Shown: piece after piece, positions 12,560 to 24,700 of the stretch
How the letters are laid out: each line of letters opens with the position of its first letter
Position numbering within the stretch: position 1 is the first letter of the stretch
From: Macrostomum lignano
Lineage: Eukaryota
Direction: 5' to 3'
Assembly (NCBI GenBank): GCA_002269645.1
Contig: NIVC01000195.1
Coordinates: forward strand, 434,001 to 498,000
Length of the DNA stretch: 64,000 bases
Program-made: the position numbers and the translations under genes
Notes under the pieces: generated by a model
The model's database searches: none
The model's input: only the letters and a program-made list of their open reading frames with translations
What the model was told of the DNA's origin: nothing

Positions 12560-13120
12560 AACAGACTGTGGGGCAGCAGACAGGGGTCAACAGACAGCGG
12601 AGCAGCAGACAGGGGTCAACAGACAGCGGGGCAGCAGACAAGGGTCAACAGACAGCGGGGCAGCAGACAAGGGTCAACAGACAGCGGGCAGCAGACAGGG
12701 GTCAACAGACAGCGGGGCAGCAGACAAGGGTCAACAGACAGCGGGGCAGCAGACAGGGGTCAACAGACAGCGGGGCAGCAGACAAGGGTCAACAGACAGC
12801 GGGGCAGCAGACAAGGGTCAACAGACAGCGGGCAGCAGACAGGGGTCAACAGACAGCGGGGCAGCAGACAGGGGTCAACAGACATCGGGGCAGCAGACAG
12901 GGGTCAACAGACAGCGGGGCAGCAGACAGGGGTCAACAGACAGCGGGGCAGCAGACAGGGGTCAACAGACAGAGGGACAGCAGACAGGGGTCAACAGACA
13001 GCGGGGCAGCAGACAGGGGTCAACAGACAGCGGGACAGCAGACAGGGGTCAACAGACAGCGGGTCAACAGACAGCGGGACAGCAGACAGGGGTCAACAGA
13101 CAGCGGGACAGCAGACAGGG
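12560..13120. repeat. ~29-nt minisatellite (cagacagcggggcagcagacaggggtcaa)
   Basis: Tandem array starting right after the POLR3H stop codon. Confidence 0.95.
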
Positions 13121-13121
13121 G

Positions 13122-13553
13122 TCACGCGTCGCTCCACCAGTCAAGCAGGCCGAGGCCGGGTTCGTTGACGCTGCCCAGCAGCGAGTAGGGCGGCAGCCGG
13201 GCGGCCTCGTCCAGCGGGGCTGCGGGCTGCTGGCCGAGCTGCTGTGGCTGCTGCTTGCCGCCGGGCAGCACGTCGCGCCAAAGCTCTTCGACGACGCGGA
13301 ACCGCAGTCGGTCGCCGCGCTCCATGGGGAGCTGGTGCGGGCCGGTGTCGGCCCCGGTGTCGTAGGCCCAGACCCAGGCCGGCTCGCCGCGGGAATTCTC
13401 GAAGCGGGACGGGTGCTGCAGCTGGTCCGGTGGGATCAGAATGTCATCGAAGAAGCCCAAGCTGACGTGGACGCCGTCTGTGTCGCATTTGCGGACGGTG
13501 CCCACCAGCACCTCCTCCAGGCTGGGCCGAAACACCACGTAGCGGAAGCGGAC
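13122..13553 (-). CDS. POLR3H: RNA polymerase III subunit RPC8, exon 2
   Basis: VRFRYVVFRPSLEEVLVG...GVHVSLGFFDDILIPP...PYSLLGSVNEPGLGLLDWW, the conserved RPC8 C-terminal half; acceptor TTCCCAG| at 13555-13554. Confidence 0.93.
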   Translation of the reverse strand, partial: VRFRYVVFRPSLEEVLVGTVRKCDTDGVHVSLGFFDDILIPPDQLQHPSRFENSRGEPAWVWAYDTGADTGPHQLPMERGDRLRFRVVEELWRDVLPGGKQQPQQLGQQPAAPLDEAARLPPYSLLGSVNEPGLGLLDWWSDA

Positions 13554-13589
13554 CTGGGAAAGCGGCCAACAAAAGTACATTGGGTCAAA

Positions 13590-14085
13590 CGGAGCGGCCA
13601 ACCAAAGGACTGAGACAGCGGCCAACCAAAGGACTGAGACAGCGGCCAACCAAAAGACTGGGACAGCGGCCAACCAAAGGACTGAGACAGCGGCCAACCA
13701 AAGGACTGAGACAGCGGCCAACCAAAGGACTGGGACAGTGGCCAACCAAAGGACTGAGACAGCGGCCAACCAAAGGACTGGGACAGCGGCCAACCAAAGG
13801 ACTGGGACAGCGGCCAACCAAAGGACTGAGACAGCGGCCAACCAAAGGACTGGGACAGCGGCCAACCAAAGGACTGGGACAGCGGCCAACCAAAGGACTG
13901 GGACAGCGGCCAACCAAAGGACTGGGAGAGCGGCCAACCAAAGGACTGAGACAGCGGCCAACCAAAGGACTGGGACAGCGGCCAACCAAAGGACTGGGAG
14001 AGCGGCCAACCAAAGGACTGGGAGAGCGGCCAACCAACGGATTGGGACAGCGGCCAACCAAAGGACTGGGAGAGCGGCCAAGCAA
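13590..14085. repeat. 24-nt minisatellite filling the POLR3H intron (ggccaaccaaaggactgggacagc)
   Basis: About 20 tandem copies inside intron 13554-14105. Confidence 0.95.
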
Positions 14086-14105
14086 AGGCTTGAACAGGTA
14101 ATCAC

Positions 14106-14314
14106 CTGACTGTGAGACCTGGCGTCACCAGGGAACACGTGAGCCTCGTCCACCTGCAGGATGTCCCACAGGGCGCAGCAGAGGCCGACCTTGTGCAGCA
14201 CCAAATTCGACAATTTCTCATTCAGCGCCTGCTCGTAAGCCTCGAGGCCGGGGCTGCCGAACTTCTCGGGCGCCAGGGCCACGATGTCTTTGAGTTCGCA
14301 AAGCACAAACATGG
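14106..14314 (-). CDS. POLR3H: RNA polymerase III subunit RPC8, exon 1
   Basis: MFVLCELKDIV...LNEKLSNLVLHKVGLCCALWDI...VFPGDARSHSQ matches the RPC8 N-terminus (MFVL.E..D.V; VGLC; VFPGDG); phase-0 donor CAG|GTGATT. Confidence 0.93.
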
Positions 14315-16666
14315 CGCAGCAGAACAAACATGAGCACTGGTTTATCACAGGTTATAGATCTGCTATTAAACTGTAACTCCATTCAACTCCTAAAACTATT
14401 GGTTAAAAATATGCACAAATATACAGCAAAATTGTCCAATTTAAACAAAAAATCTGGTATTTGAACTCTAGCATAAGAAGATAGATTGTATCATTTAAAT
14501 CCACATTGATCCATACTAATAATACCTAGGTATGGCTGTCTGCCATTATAAAATATACTAGAACACTCAGGTTGCAGTTGTGACATCTGACAAGCTATTA
14601 AGCCTATTGAGCACTTTGAGAGTAACCCTAAAGGACAACCCTAATGCTATTCTTTGTACTCTTGTACCCTTGACTAGATACTTGATAATAGAAAATAAAC
14701 TCATGTATAGAAGGCACCTAGCACTTCTTTAACTGCCAAATATTTGCAATAGCTGCATTTGGCCTATAAGTGAACATATAAAAGTCTAGAGTGTTTATTC
14801 AGAAAATGCGCTAATAGAGATTTCATATCTACTACTACTATTATTACTTACTACTGCTATATGCCAAGACTAAAGCAAATATGGATACCCTAAATTAGTA
14901 TAAGCAATTTATATATTTGGGTAGCTATATGCCTAGATTAGATAATTTATAAGACTCCAGTTACTTTTTGTTCCTTGTAAATTGTTCTATAGTTTAATAT
15001 ATTTCTAGACTACTAAAAGATCCTAACTATTTAAAATATTTACAAATATTGTCTTAGATTATAATGCTGAAATATATAGTTATCATAGGGGCACTTATGC
15101 TTAATTACTTAACCAATTTAAACTATGATCATATATATTTATTACTCATTTTTATAGCCCTATAATTATAGCTACTGTGGCAAGAGGCTGCCCTTGATTA
15201 ATAATTGACTAGTATGGTTTTTTTTCAAACTTTTTAATTTTCATTTATAACTAATGCATAACTAATTTTGTGTTCCAGCCCTAGAATTTTTTCCCCTTCT
15301 GGGATGAGTTTTGTCATCTTCCCCATCCCATTTCCTGACCTTTGCCTCCCTAGTAGCTGATTTTTACTTCCATGCATTGATTATTTTTAACTTTCCTATT
15401 GAATCTTATGCATTTTTAGTATCTATTCACAGTTGATCCTTCCTTGGACCTTATTTTTCCCCATTTGATCCAACTGGTATCACTTCCATTTACCCTTTAA
15501 ATACTGCTCAACTTGCATGTTTTTGCTTGCGTGCTTGCTTTTTTCTGGTTTTAGTTTTGGTGATTTTTTTTATTTTCTGACTCAGCCTATTTTGCTCATT
15601 AGTTATTAGCACCATGGCTCCACCAAATAATTCTCTCTCATAGTAATATTAACATTAATAATTTTTCTTTAGCTTGCTAATAAATAACAATATATAAATA
15701 ACATGTTGCACTAAACATTTATTCGCTATTTGATAAAGCCATAGCCTATCTTGAGTTATTTGCCTGCGGGGCATAAAATAACCACATAGTTCTCATCTCA
15801 AAGAAAGCTCTGAGACTCATTTGTTCCGTAATAAATAAATTATAGTGGTGGCAGCTCTCCCCTACTGATAGTAATCAGCTCAACAAATTGACATACATTA
15901 ACTATAATGTCAACTCTTTGGTGTCTACCAATTGAATGACCATGCTGCTAAATGACTGCTCATCTACAACTGCAACTACCCTCCCCCCAGAATTTAAGGA
16001 CCCTAGTAGTTGGAGTAAAACAGGAGAAAATTTTGTTGCAATTTGTCTGCACAATTTTCCAGATTTATTTGTGCAAATGCAACGCAGGTGGGAATTCAAA
16101 GTTTAAAACCACCCCACCTCACTGGAGTCAGCAAGATAATAAAATCAAATTGCTCAAAATAAAATTTTATTTTATGAGAATGTCATTATAAAGTATTATT
16201 TTTATAATACAAAAAATCTTTTTTTGATATATAATTTAAATACTTTAAAAGATTGCCTCATTTTAGCCTATAATAATAGTAATACATTAAATTTATTATA
16301 ACGTATTAGACCTATTAGTATTAAATTATAAATTCAACTACTAGTATAAATGAATATAATTACACTATAAAAGAAATAATAATATATTCTTTTACTTGTT
16401 ATTTGTAAAATTAATATTGAATTATATATATTTCAACCTTATTTATTAAGCAAGCTTATCAGTAGTATTTATTATACTTATGTTTAATATATTTCCAATA
16501 CAATATATTATAGAAAATAAACAGTCATATGCAGTGGGATAGGGGAGCAGAGGGCATGGCCCCTCCACTTTTAAAATATAAGGGCATGGCATTAATGGAT
16601 AATGGTACCTGCCCCCCCCCCCTATATTTTAGAATATTCCAATGCCTATATGGATTAGATGGGCCA

Positions 16667-17198
16667 GCAATCCTTCAGATTCCCATTCTAAATTATTTTG
16701 ACCCCGTTTTCAAATTTTTCAGCTATTGATTGAATAGCTGGCTGACCTAGAGCGCCGCTATCTATCGTGCCTACTGCTGAAGTTGTCAATAGCATCCTGC
16801 TATGCAACATTGAAGTCACCCACCAATAATTGGTTACACTAGTGCCAGACATTGACAAAGCCATGCGATGGATGGCAAGATACCACCTGCTCACTAATAG
16901 CAAGACATATGACATGTGCAATGTTGCCATGGCACTCTAGCGCTGTGCCGGCATGGACTCCATTGATGGCTGGTGCTGGTCCTACAGGAATTTATGTGGC
17001 GCTGAGCTTTTCCTGAACAGCAATTTATTTGGCAATATCCTCTTCCTCTACTGGATTATGCACTACTACCCTGTATAGTCCGAACTTGAACTTGAAATTG
17101 AACTTTTATAACCTCTATAACTCATTTTTATTGCCTTGGGAGTCTAAAAAGTTCGAAATGGGGTCAAAATAATTTAGAGTGGGAATCCAAAGGATTGC
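16667..17198. mobile_element. MITE-like element with ~55-bp inverted repeats
   Basis: gcaatccttcagattcccattctaaattattttgacccc (16667..) is the imperfect reverse complement of ggggtcaaaataatttagagtgggaatccaaaggattgc (..17198); no ORF; TSD not identified. Confidence 0.65.
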
Positions 17199-18751
17199 CG
17201 AATGCCGATGGGCCTATAATTATGATTATTATATTATGAAAAAAAATTGTTCACATAACTGACATAGGTTGAAGTGAAATCACATTCATTAAGTCTAGAC
17301 AACATTATCAATACAAAATAAAAAAATCTAATAATAGTAATATATAATGCAAGTAGCAACAACACAAAAGAAATCCAGGAATTTTACTTTTGGTTATCAT
17401 GGACCATTTTTTTCATTTCACAAAGAACAAAAGAAAGAAGCAAGTATAAAGTAAACAAAAATTGAAATTAAAATGACGCAGTATGTTGAAATATTGCTTA
17501 AGTAGGGCCTAGCAAATAAATGAATAAAAGCAAAGTCAACGCCGAGAGCACTTTATTGTATAACCAAGCCTTTTGTCGAGGGCTTTCAAGGGGCCTTAAT
17601 TGTCACACCGGTTTGAAAAAAAGCAACTGCAAACGTAGCTTTTAACAAAATCTGTTACTATTTTCAAACAATTTCAGATGAATGGTTAAGTAATGCATAT
17701 TAAATATTTTTCTTACTCGTTTTTATTTTTACCGCGTGCTCTTTATTGAAAATAAATTGAAGTCTAAGGTAACTTTTTTGAGAAGCGTCATTTTAATATG
17801 GAATCAAAAAGTGGTTTTCTGCGAAGCATCATTTTATTTTTTGATAATTGATTATTAATGCCTTTATAAGTAAATTAAATTTTATATTATAATTCTGTAA
17901 CAGCGTTGAAAAAATTGGCAGCTAGGACAGAATAATATGACCATGCCATCTTTATGTCTTAAGCTTTGGATACTATAAAGCTTTAAGTTCTTTCATCTCT
18001 AAATAGCGTATACGCTATTTATCAGTGCTATTTATCAGTGTAGCTAGCTAGTTGAAAATAATTAGAACCAAAAACAAATTGCTTGATATCAATGTTCGTT
18101 TCGAGTACTTTCTTCTAATAGCATTGGCCTAAAAGCTATATAAAAGAGACAATAAATTTTAGATAGCACAAAGGTAGACAGCGTTAATAAAGAAGGAATT
18201 TTGTTTCACACCATAGTGGGGAAATCCTGACGCAAAATATAAAAAATATTCTATGAAGGTCTACAGGGTTATTAAGAGAAAATATAAAATATAAATATTG
18301 TTTTCAATCTATATTTCTCACACGCTATAAGAAAGACAGCAAATTTATTAGCTTCAATTTATACTTCGTATTATGTGTGGCTAGGGACAGTTTTTCTAAT
18401 CTACGAAGCATTAGATCCTTAAAGCTGAGAAACACACAGGTTACAACGGACGTTATAATACCCGTAGGTCCTTAGAATCTTGCATGTATTTTTTTCGGGT
18501 AACAGACACGGAACTACTTAAACGACGCTTAAGTCGTCCGTGGTAACAGTTTGCTGCCGGTAAAAGCAAATATATACTACTCACCGTATTATGCTATTAT
18601 CCGTTTGCTGTCGCAGTTCGCCATCAGTCAGCGGCATCCTCGGCTGGCGCCCCTAACGGCACCACCTGGTCGTCGCCGCCTGTCCAGCTCTGCAGCTGCC
18701 ACAATCGCCGCGGCAACCGCAGCGGCCGCCTCAGCAAAAGGCGCCGGTTCC

Positions 18752-21700
18752 ATGCGACTCATCATCGACCAGTTCCGATACTGGAGCCCCTGGCAGCAGC
18801 GAGCCCTCCTGGCCGGCATTGTCGGTCGCTGCTCGCTGGACCAGCTGCGCCTGCTGACCACCATCATGGAGCCGGTGTTCCACCGCGACTTCCGCAACTG
18901 CGTCCGCCTGCGCTACCCGTCCGCTGGTCGGAGGAGGGACTTCAAGCCCTACCGGCCACCACCACCTGGCCGGTCGAAAAAGACTCGACCACGGCGCCGG
19001 ATCAGCCTCATCACGGAGGCTGCGGCGGCTGCAGCTGCGGTGGAAATTGCAGCGACTGCTGCAGCAGCCGGCACGGAGGCTTCAACAGCCGACGACGAGT
19101 CAGAAGCGGACGAGCACCGGCAGCGGCAGGAGGAGCAGCTGGGCCTCGGCCGGGCCATCCCTGAGCTGCTGGTCACCAACAACTCGCCGCTGCCGCTGTC
19201 GCCTGTGGCTTCGTCCGGACTGATGGAAGAACAGGATGTGGATACGGATGCAGATGCGGAAGCGGAAGCGGAAGCGGAAGCGGAAGCGGAAGCGGAAACG
19301 GAAGCGGAAGCAGATCCAAGAGGGATCTCCGGGAAGGAGGAAGAATGGGCGTCGGGTGAGGAGTTGGAGAAGGCGAGCGAAGTCGCTGAAGGAGACGACG
19401 AGCAGCCGTGGTTCGAAGACGATGTGGACGATATTGATGACGCGAACTCGCAGTTCGACTCCTCCGCTGCCCGGGAGCTCCTGGCCGAGCTGCTGGACGA
19501 CATCATTCCCCCGGGCACTGGCGAAGACGATGATTTGTCAGCAGCCAATAGCCTTGCAGCCTCGGTGGCTCGTGAAGCCGTCCAGTCAGCCATCGACGAG
19601 GTCTGCGGCCGGTCCGGAGGCTCCTCCGCTGTGTCGCCGGCCGTCCGCTCATTCGCTGTTTCCGCCGCCGCCTCTGCCTCCGCTGCCAACAGCGCCGCAG
19701 CCGCAGCCGCCTCCGCCGCAACGGCCTCCTCGGCAGGCCGGTCGCGGCCGGCCTCTGTCTCGTTCGCGGCGTCACGCGAAGAGTCCGGCGGCGGCGGCGC
19801 CGGCCGAGCTGGCCCGACTCTGAAGAAGTTCGGAGTTCAGCTCGACCGGATCTGGGGGGTGAGGCTGGGAGCAGCTCGCCATCATCTGGCTGCAGATTTG
19901 CTCATAGAGTAGACAGTGTGATCAAGCTACAGCACTCTCCCCTGCTCATGCATGGTTTACTAACCAAATTAGAAACAAACTTAACGAACTCGCCCGTATT
20001 TCACTGGCTAACAAACCAATGCTGGGGTTGCCCCTTTGCTCCATTGCAGCGAGCTGAGCGAGCTGGATGCGATGTGAGGTGTGAGTTGCTTAGAACAGCT
20101 GCTCTCATCATAAACTAGCACACCTCTATAAAGCTTTGGTTTGCTTATTACTGTCTTCGATGCACTGTTATTCACGCTGTAGTGATTTCATCAATGCACT
20201 TTGCAGCAAAGCTTTGTTAAAGCAATTCGCAATTTGGTCCCTGATAAACTTGCCGCTCCCGTCTCATTCTCTCTTTCTCAGTGGATCGGCACTTGGCCCG
20301 AGTTTGAGCGGATCAACCTGCTCTCTGAGCTCGTGACCGTCTGCAGCCAGCAGCTCATCGCCTACTTGGCTGACTGCATCATGCAGAGGTGAGTTGCCTG
20401 AGTGAGCACTGGCTGACTGCATCATGCAGAGGTGAGTTGCCTGAGTGAGCACTGGCTGACTGCATCATGCAGAGGTGAGTTGCCTGAGTGAGCACTGGCT
20501 GACTGCATCATGCAGAGGTGAGTTGCCTGAGTAAGCACTGGCTGACTGCATCATGCAGAGGTGAGTTGCCTGAGTGAGCACTGGCTGACTGCATCATGCA
20601 GAGGTGAGTTGCCTGAGTGAGCACTGGCTGACTGCATCATGCAGAGGTGAGTTGCCTGAGTGAGCACTGGCTGACTGCATCATGCAGAGGTGAGTTGCCT
20701 GAGTGAGCACTGGCTGACTGCATCATGCAGAGGTGAGTTGCCTGAGTGAGCACTGGCTGACTGCATCATGCAGAGGTGAGTTGCCTGAGTGAGCACTGGC
20801 TGACTGCATCATGCAGAGGTGAGTTGCCTGAGTGAGCACTGGCTGACTGCAGCATGCGAATTTGAACCATGGGCTTGTCTTGGCGCATGTTTTTACACTC
20901 TCAGCGAAGCCGCACTACACATGTACAACCTGCCGCACGCCGCAGAATTCATGACTGCACAGACATCGGCATTCTGCCGGACCGCACGCTGCTGAAGATC
21001 TTCTCTATGCTGCCGGTCAGAGACCTGCTGAGCTGTGCGCAGGTCAGCCGTCACTGGTGGGTGCTCGCCTCCCACGAGAGCATCTGGCTGCGCCGCTGCG
21101 AGCAGATCGGGTTCGAGAACGGCCTGCTGAACCTGGCGGGGGTTCTGCGGCAGCGCCTCGGGCTGCAGCACATCGACTGGAAGCTGACGTACGGGGAGCT
21201 GGAGCGAATGCTGCGGCAGGCGCGGCAGAGCCTCCCGCTGCCCAGACATCTCACGCACAATGCAGCAGGTGACATGAGACAGCAAACTCTACTACTGGTT
21301 CGACTTTGTTGCAGTAGTGTAGTTAGTGTATGCTCTCTCAAATTTTGTGCATCACCCAGCCCAGGACACGTAAAGTTGTCTCAGTTTGCTCAGGGCTTTA
21401 GTCTCAGACCAAACACAGAAGCTCTCTGCCCCTTCTCCCTCGAGCTCTGGGGTTTGCCAGATGAACTCAGAGTGTGCTCCGGGGTAATGTTTGCCAACAG
21501 TGAGCTCAGCGCCAAACCATTTCTATTGGGTTTTGCATCGGCCCGCAGCTCTCTTCCGAGCCAGACAGCAGCAGAAGCAGCAGCAACTGCTGCAGCAGGG
21601 AAACTCGAGGCCGAAGCCGCGCCGGTTTACAGTTGCAGGCCTGGCTCGTCTGACGATGTCGCTCAGGAAGCTGCGCGCGGTCACCGAGGGAGCAGCCGCT

Positions 21701-24700
21701 GGCAAGCGCGAAGGTGAGCGAACAGCTTTTCTTTACAAATGGTTTTCAGTGACCAGATGATGCAGCAAGGTAATCTGCTTCTCGCCTTCAATTTTGTCCT
21801 TTCACGCCAGCGGAGTGGGTGGGCGGAAATCTACAGCCAATCAGAGACAAGCTTGATGCTGCTAAAAATAGAACCATTTGAAAACACCGCAGCCTCATGC
21901 AGATAAAGCAATTCTTGGATATGTTCGGATCGATTCAGAGACGCTTCCCAATTCCTGACCACCTCATGGGATGGAGGAACTTGCTGCTTGAGTTCCACCT
22001 GGCTGGCAGCCACCAAAGTTGCTGCGAGTGTACTTTTGCTTTTATGCCGATGCAACTTTGCGTCCTCCATCTGGCAGCCCCGTGCTCTGGTCCCCAGTTT
22101 CCAGCCTCCGCGCTCCCCATCAGTACAGCAGCTGGGCTGCAGCCAGCCAGGGAACAATAGAAAAACACAACAGGAGCGGCTCTGTCTCCCCGCTGGCATT
22201 TCTTTCCTCCCCCAGCTTCCTTCCTTCATCCTGCAATGCCGTTGCCAGCCAACCAGCAGCTTTAAAACAGAGACTGCGAATTCTTCCCAGCAGCCGCCCG
22301 TCAGCAGTTGCCACCCGATCCCCCCTTTACAGTCGACGGCGAGGCCAAGGCGAAGCGGCGAGAGCAACAGCAGCAGCTGGACGGAGTGAGCGTGCTGGAC
22401 CGAATTCACCGGGAGTACGCGGACCGGAGGTGAGGCTGCCGTGACTCAGGCGCATCCAGCACTGGCCATTTTTGCACTGAACCCCGAACCCGAATCCCGA
22501 CCCAGAACCCGAATCCCGACCCCGACCGAACCCGAATCCCGACCCCAAACCCGAACCCGAATCCCGACCCCGAACCCGAATTCCGACCGGGTTTATCTAA
22601 GTGGGCAGGTGGCTTGTAGGCAGGCAGCGCATGAGTGCGAGCTTGAAGCCTCCTTGAGTAGCGCTTCTGTATTCAGTCTCTGACCAGATCCCAAAATTCA
22701 ACATTCCTTCCTTCATTCATTCATTTATTCTGATGCTGAGTGTACAAAACCAGCACCGTTGTGCTGACCGGAAAACCCGAAAATCTCAGTTTCAAATCCT
22801 GACTCCAAGTCCCGAACACAAAGTCACAGAGGGCACAAACAAAGAGTCACCGGGGACACAAACAAAGAGTCACCGGGGACACAAACAAAGAGTCCCGAGG
22901 GTACAAACAAAGAGTCACCGAGGGCACAAACAAACCTGCACAACTCCGCAGGCCGCTGATGAAGCCGATCCTCGGCCGACTGAAGCAGTTCCAGGACTCG
23001 GAGGACGTGGCGCTGGACATTCGGCCCCGGCTGGTGGAAGCCACGGATCTGACGGTGAGGCTGAGAGCTGATGGGGCTGATGGCTGCCTTGTAAACTCGA
23101 TCACAAATTCAACCAGTTAATGATTAAACGGAAAGTGATAGCCGCAAACGGCACCGCCCTCCCCCAGCTGTCAGCCGAGGAGAGTCAGCTGAAGGAGATT
23201 CACATGTACGGCAGAGAGGCCGTGAACGTGAATCCGAGAGTAAGAGTGCTGCAGCTGCAGCTTCTCAGCTTCATCACTCGCCTACAGCATCTCCTTATCA
23301 GCCTCTCAGCTTCATCACTCGCCTACAGCACCTCCTTATCAGTCTCTCAGCTTCATCACTCGCCTACATCACCTCCTTAGCAGCCTCTCAGCTTCATCAC
23401 TCGCATTCAGCATCTCCTTATCAGTCTCTCAGCTTCATCACTCGCCTACAGAATCTCCTTATCAGTCTCTCAGCTTCATCACTCGCCTACAGAATCTCCT
23501 TATCAGTCTCTCAGCTTCATCACTCGCCTACAGAATCTCCTTATCAGCCTCTCAGCTTCATCATCAGCTTCTCAGTGTGGCTCCCAAGCTTGTTACCTGT
23601 GTTGTCTGTTGTTGTCTTCTGTAGCAAAGTATATTGTGTACAACACCTGAGCCCTTGGTTTCAACTTGCCAGTCAGCACCAGAACCGACTTTTTAATTTT
23701 CTTGGCTCCTTTTTTGCTTTAAAAACTGCCTTCCTGCTCGTAGATCTTTTATTTTGCTTTACTTCAGTAATGTTTTACTCTGAGTTCCTCGATTCGCACT
23801 ACACGGTCTTCTGACTCAGTCAAGAATCAAAAATCGAATCCCGACGGCCTTCACAGGAGAAGTCCGAGTCCAAGGAGCGGCTCATCTACAAGAAGGACCT
23901 GGAGAAGCTCGGCCAGCGGGGCGCTTTTGTGGGCGACATCCTGCCGATACTGCAGTGCCGGCTGCTGCAGGTGAGGGGAGGCAGTCAGTCAGTCAGTCAG
24001 TCAGTCAGTCAGTCAGTCAGTCAGTCAGTCAGTCAGTCAGTCAGTCAGGCAGTCAGTCAGTCAGGCAGTCAGTCAGTCAGTCAGTCAGTCAGTCAGTCAG
24101 TCAGTCAGTCAGTCAGGCAGTCAGGCAGTCAGTCAGTCAGTCAGTCAGGCAGTCAGTCAGTCAGTCAGTCAGTCAGTCAGTCAGTCAGGCAGTCAGTCAG
24201 TCAGTCAGTCAGTCAGTCAGTCAGGCAGTCAGTCAGTCAGTCAGGCAGTCAGGCAGTCAGTCAGTCAGTCAGGCAGTCAGTCAGTCAGTCAGGCAGTCAG
24301 TCAGGCAGTCAGTCAGTCAGCCGCCTACCACCCGCAGGGTCACCTTGACGCGGTCCAGTGCCTGCAGTTCGACGAGCGCCGGCTGGTGACGGGCTCCAGG
24401 GACATGTCGGTGCGCATCTGGGACGTCCGCAGCGGGCGCAGCATCCGCAAGCTGTACGGCCACAAAGGCGGCGTCACCTGCCTGCACATGCGGGACAATG
24501 TGCTGGCCACGGGGAGCTGGGACATGAGCGTCATGCTGTGGAGCCTCGAACCGGACTTCCGCCGCCTGCGGATGCTGACGGACCACGAAGACTCCGTCTG
24601 CTTCGTGCACATCCTGCCAGGCTCCAGGAATGTGAGTCGCCAGACAATGACCCAAAGAAACTCCAGATAATGACCCAAAGTAACTCCAGACAATGACCCA

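Noticed and set aside
19236-19823. ORF with an RKRKRK run
   Set aside because: Alternative frame of the (GCGGAA)n Ala-Glu repeat in F-box gene exon 1.
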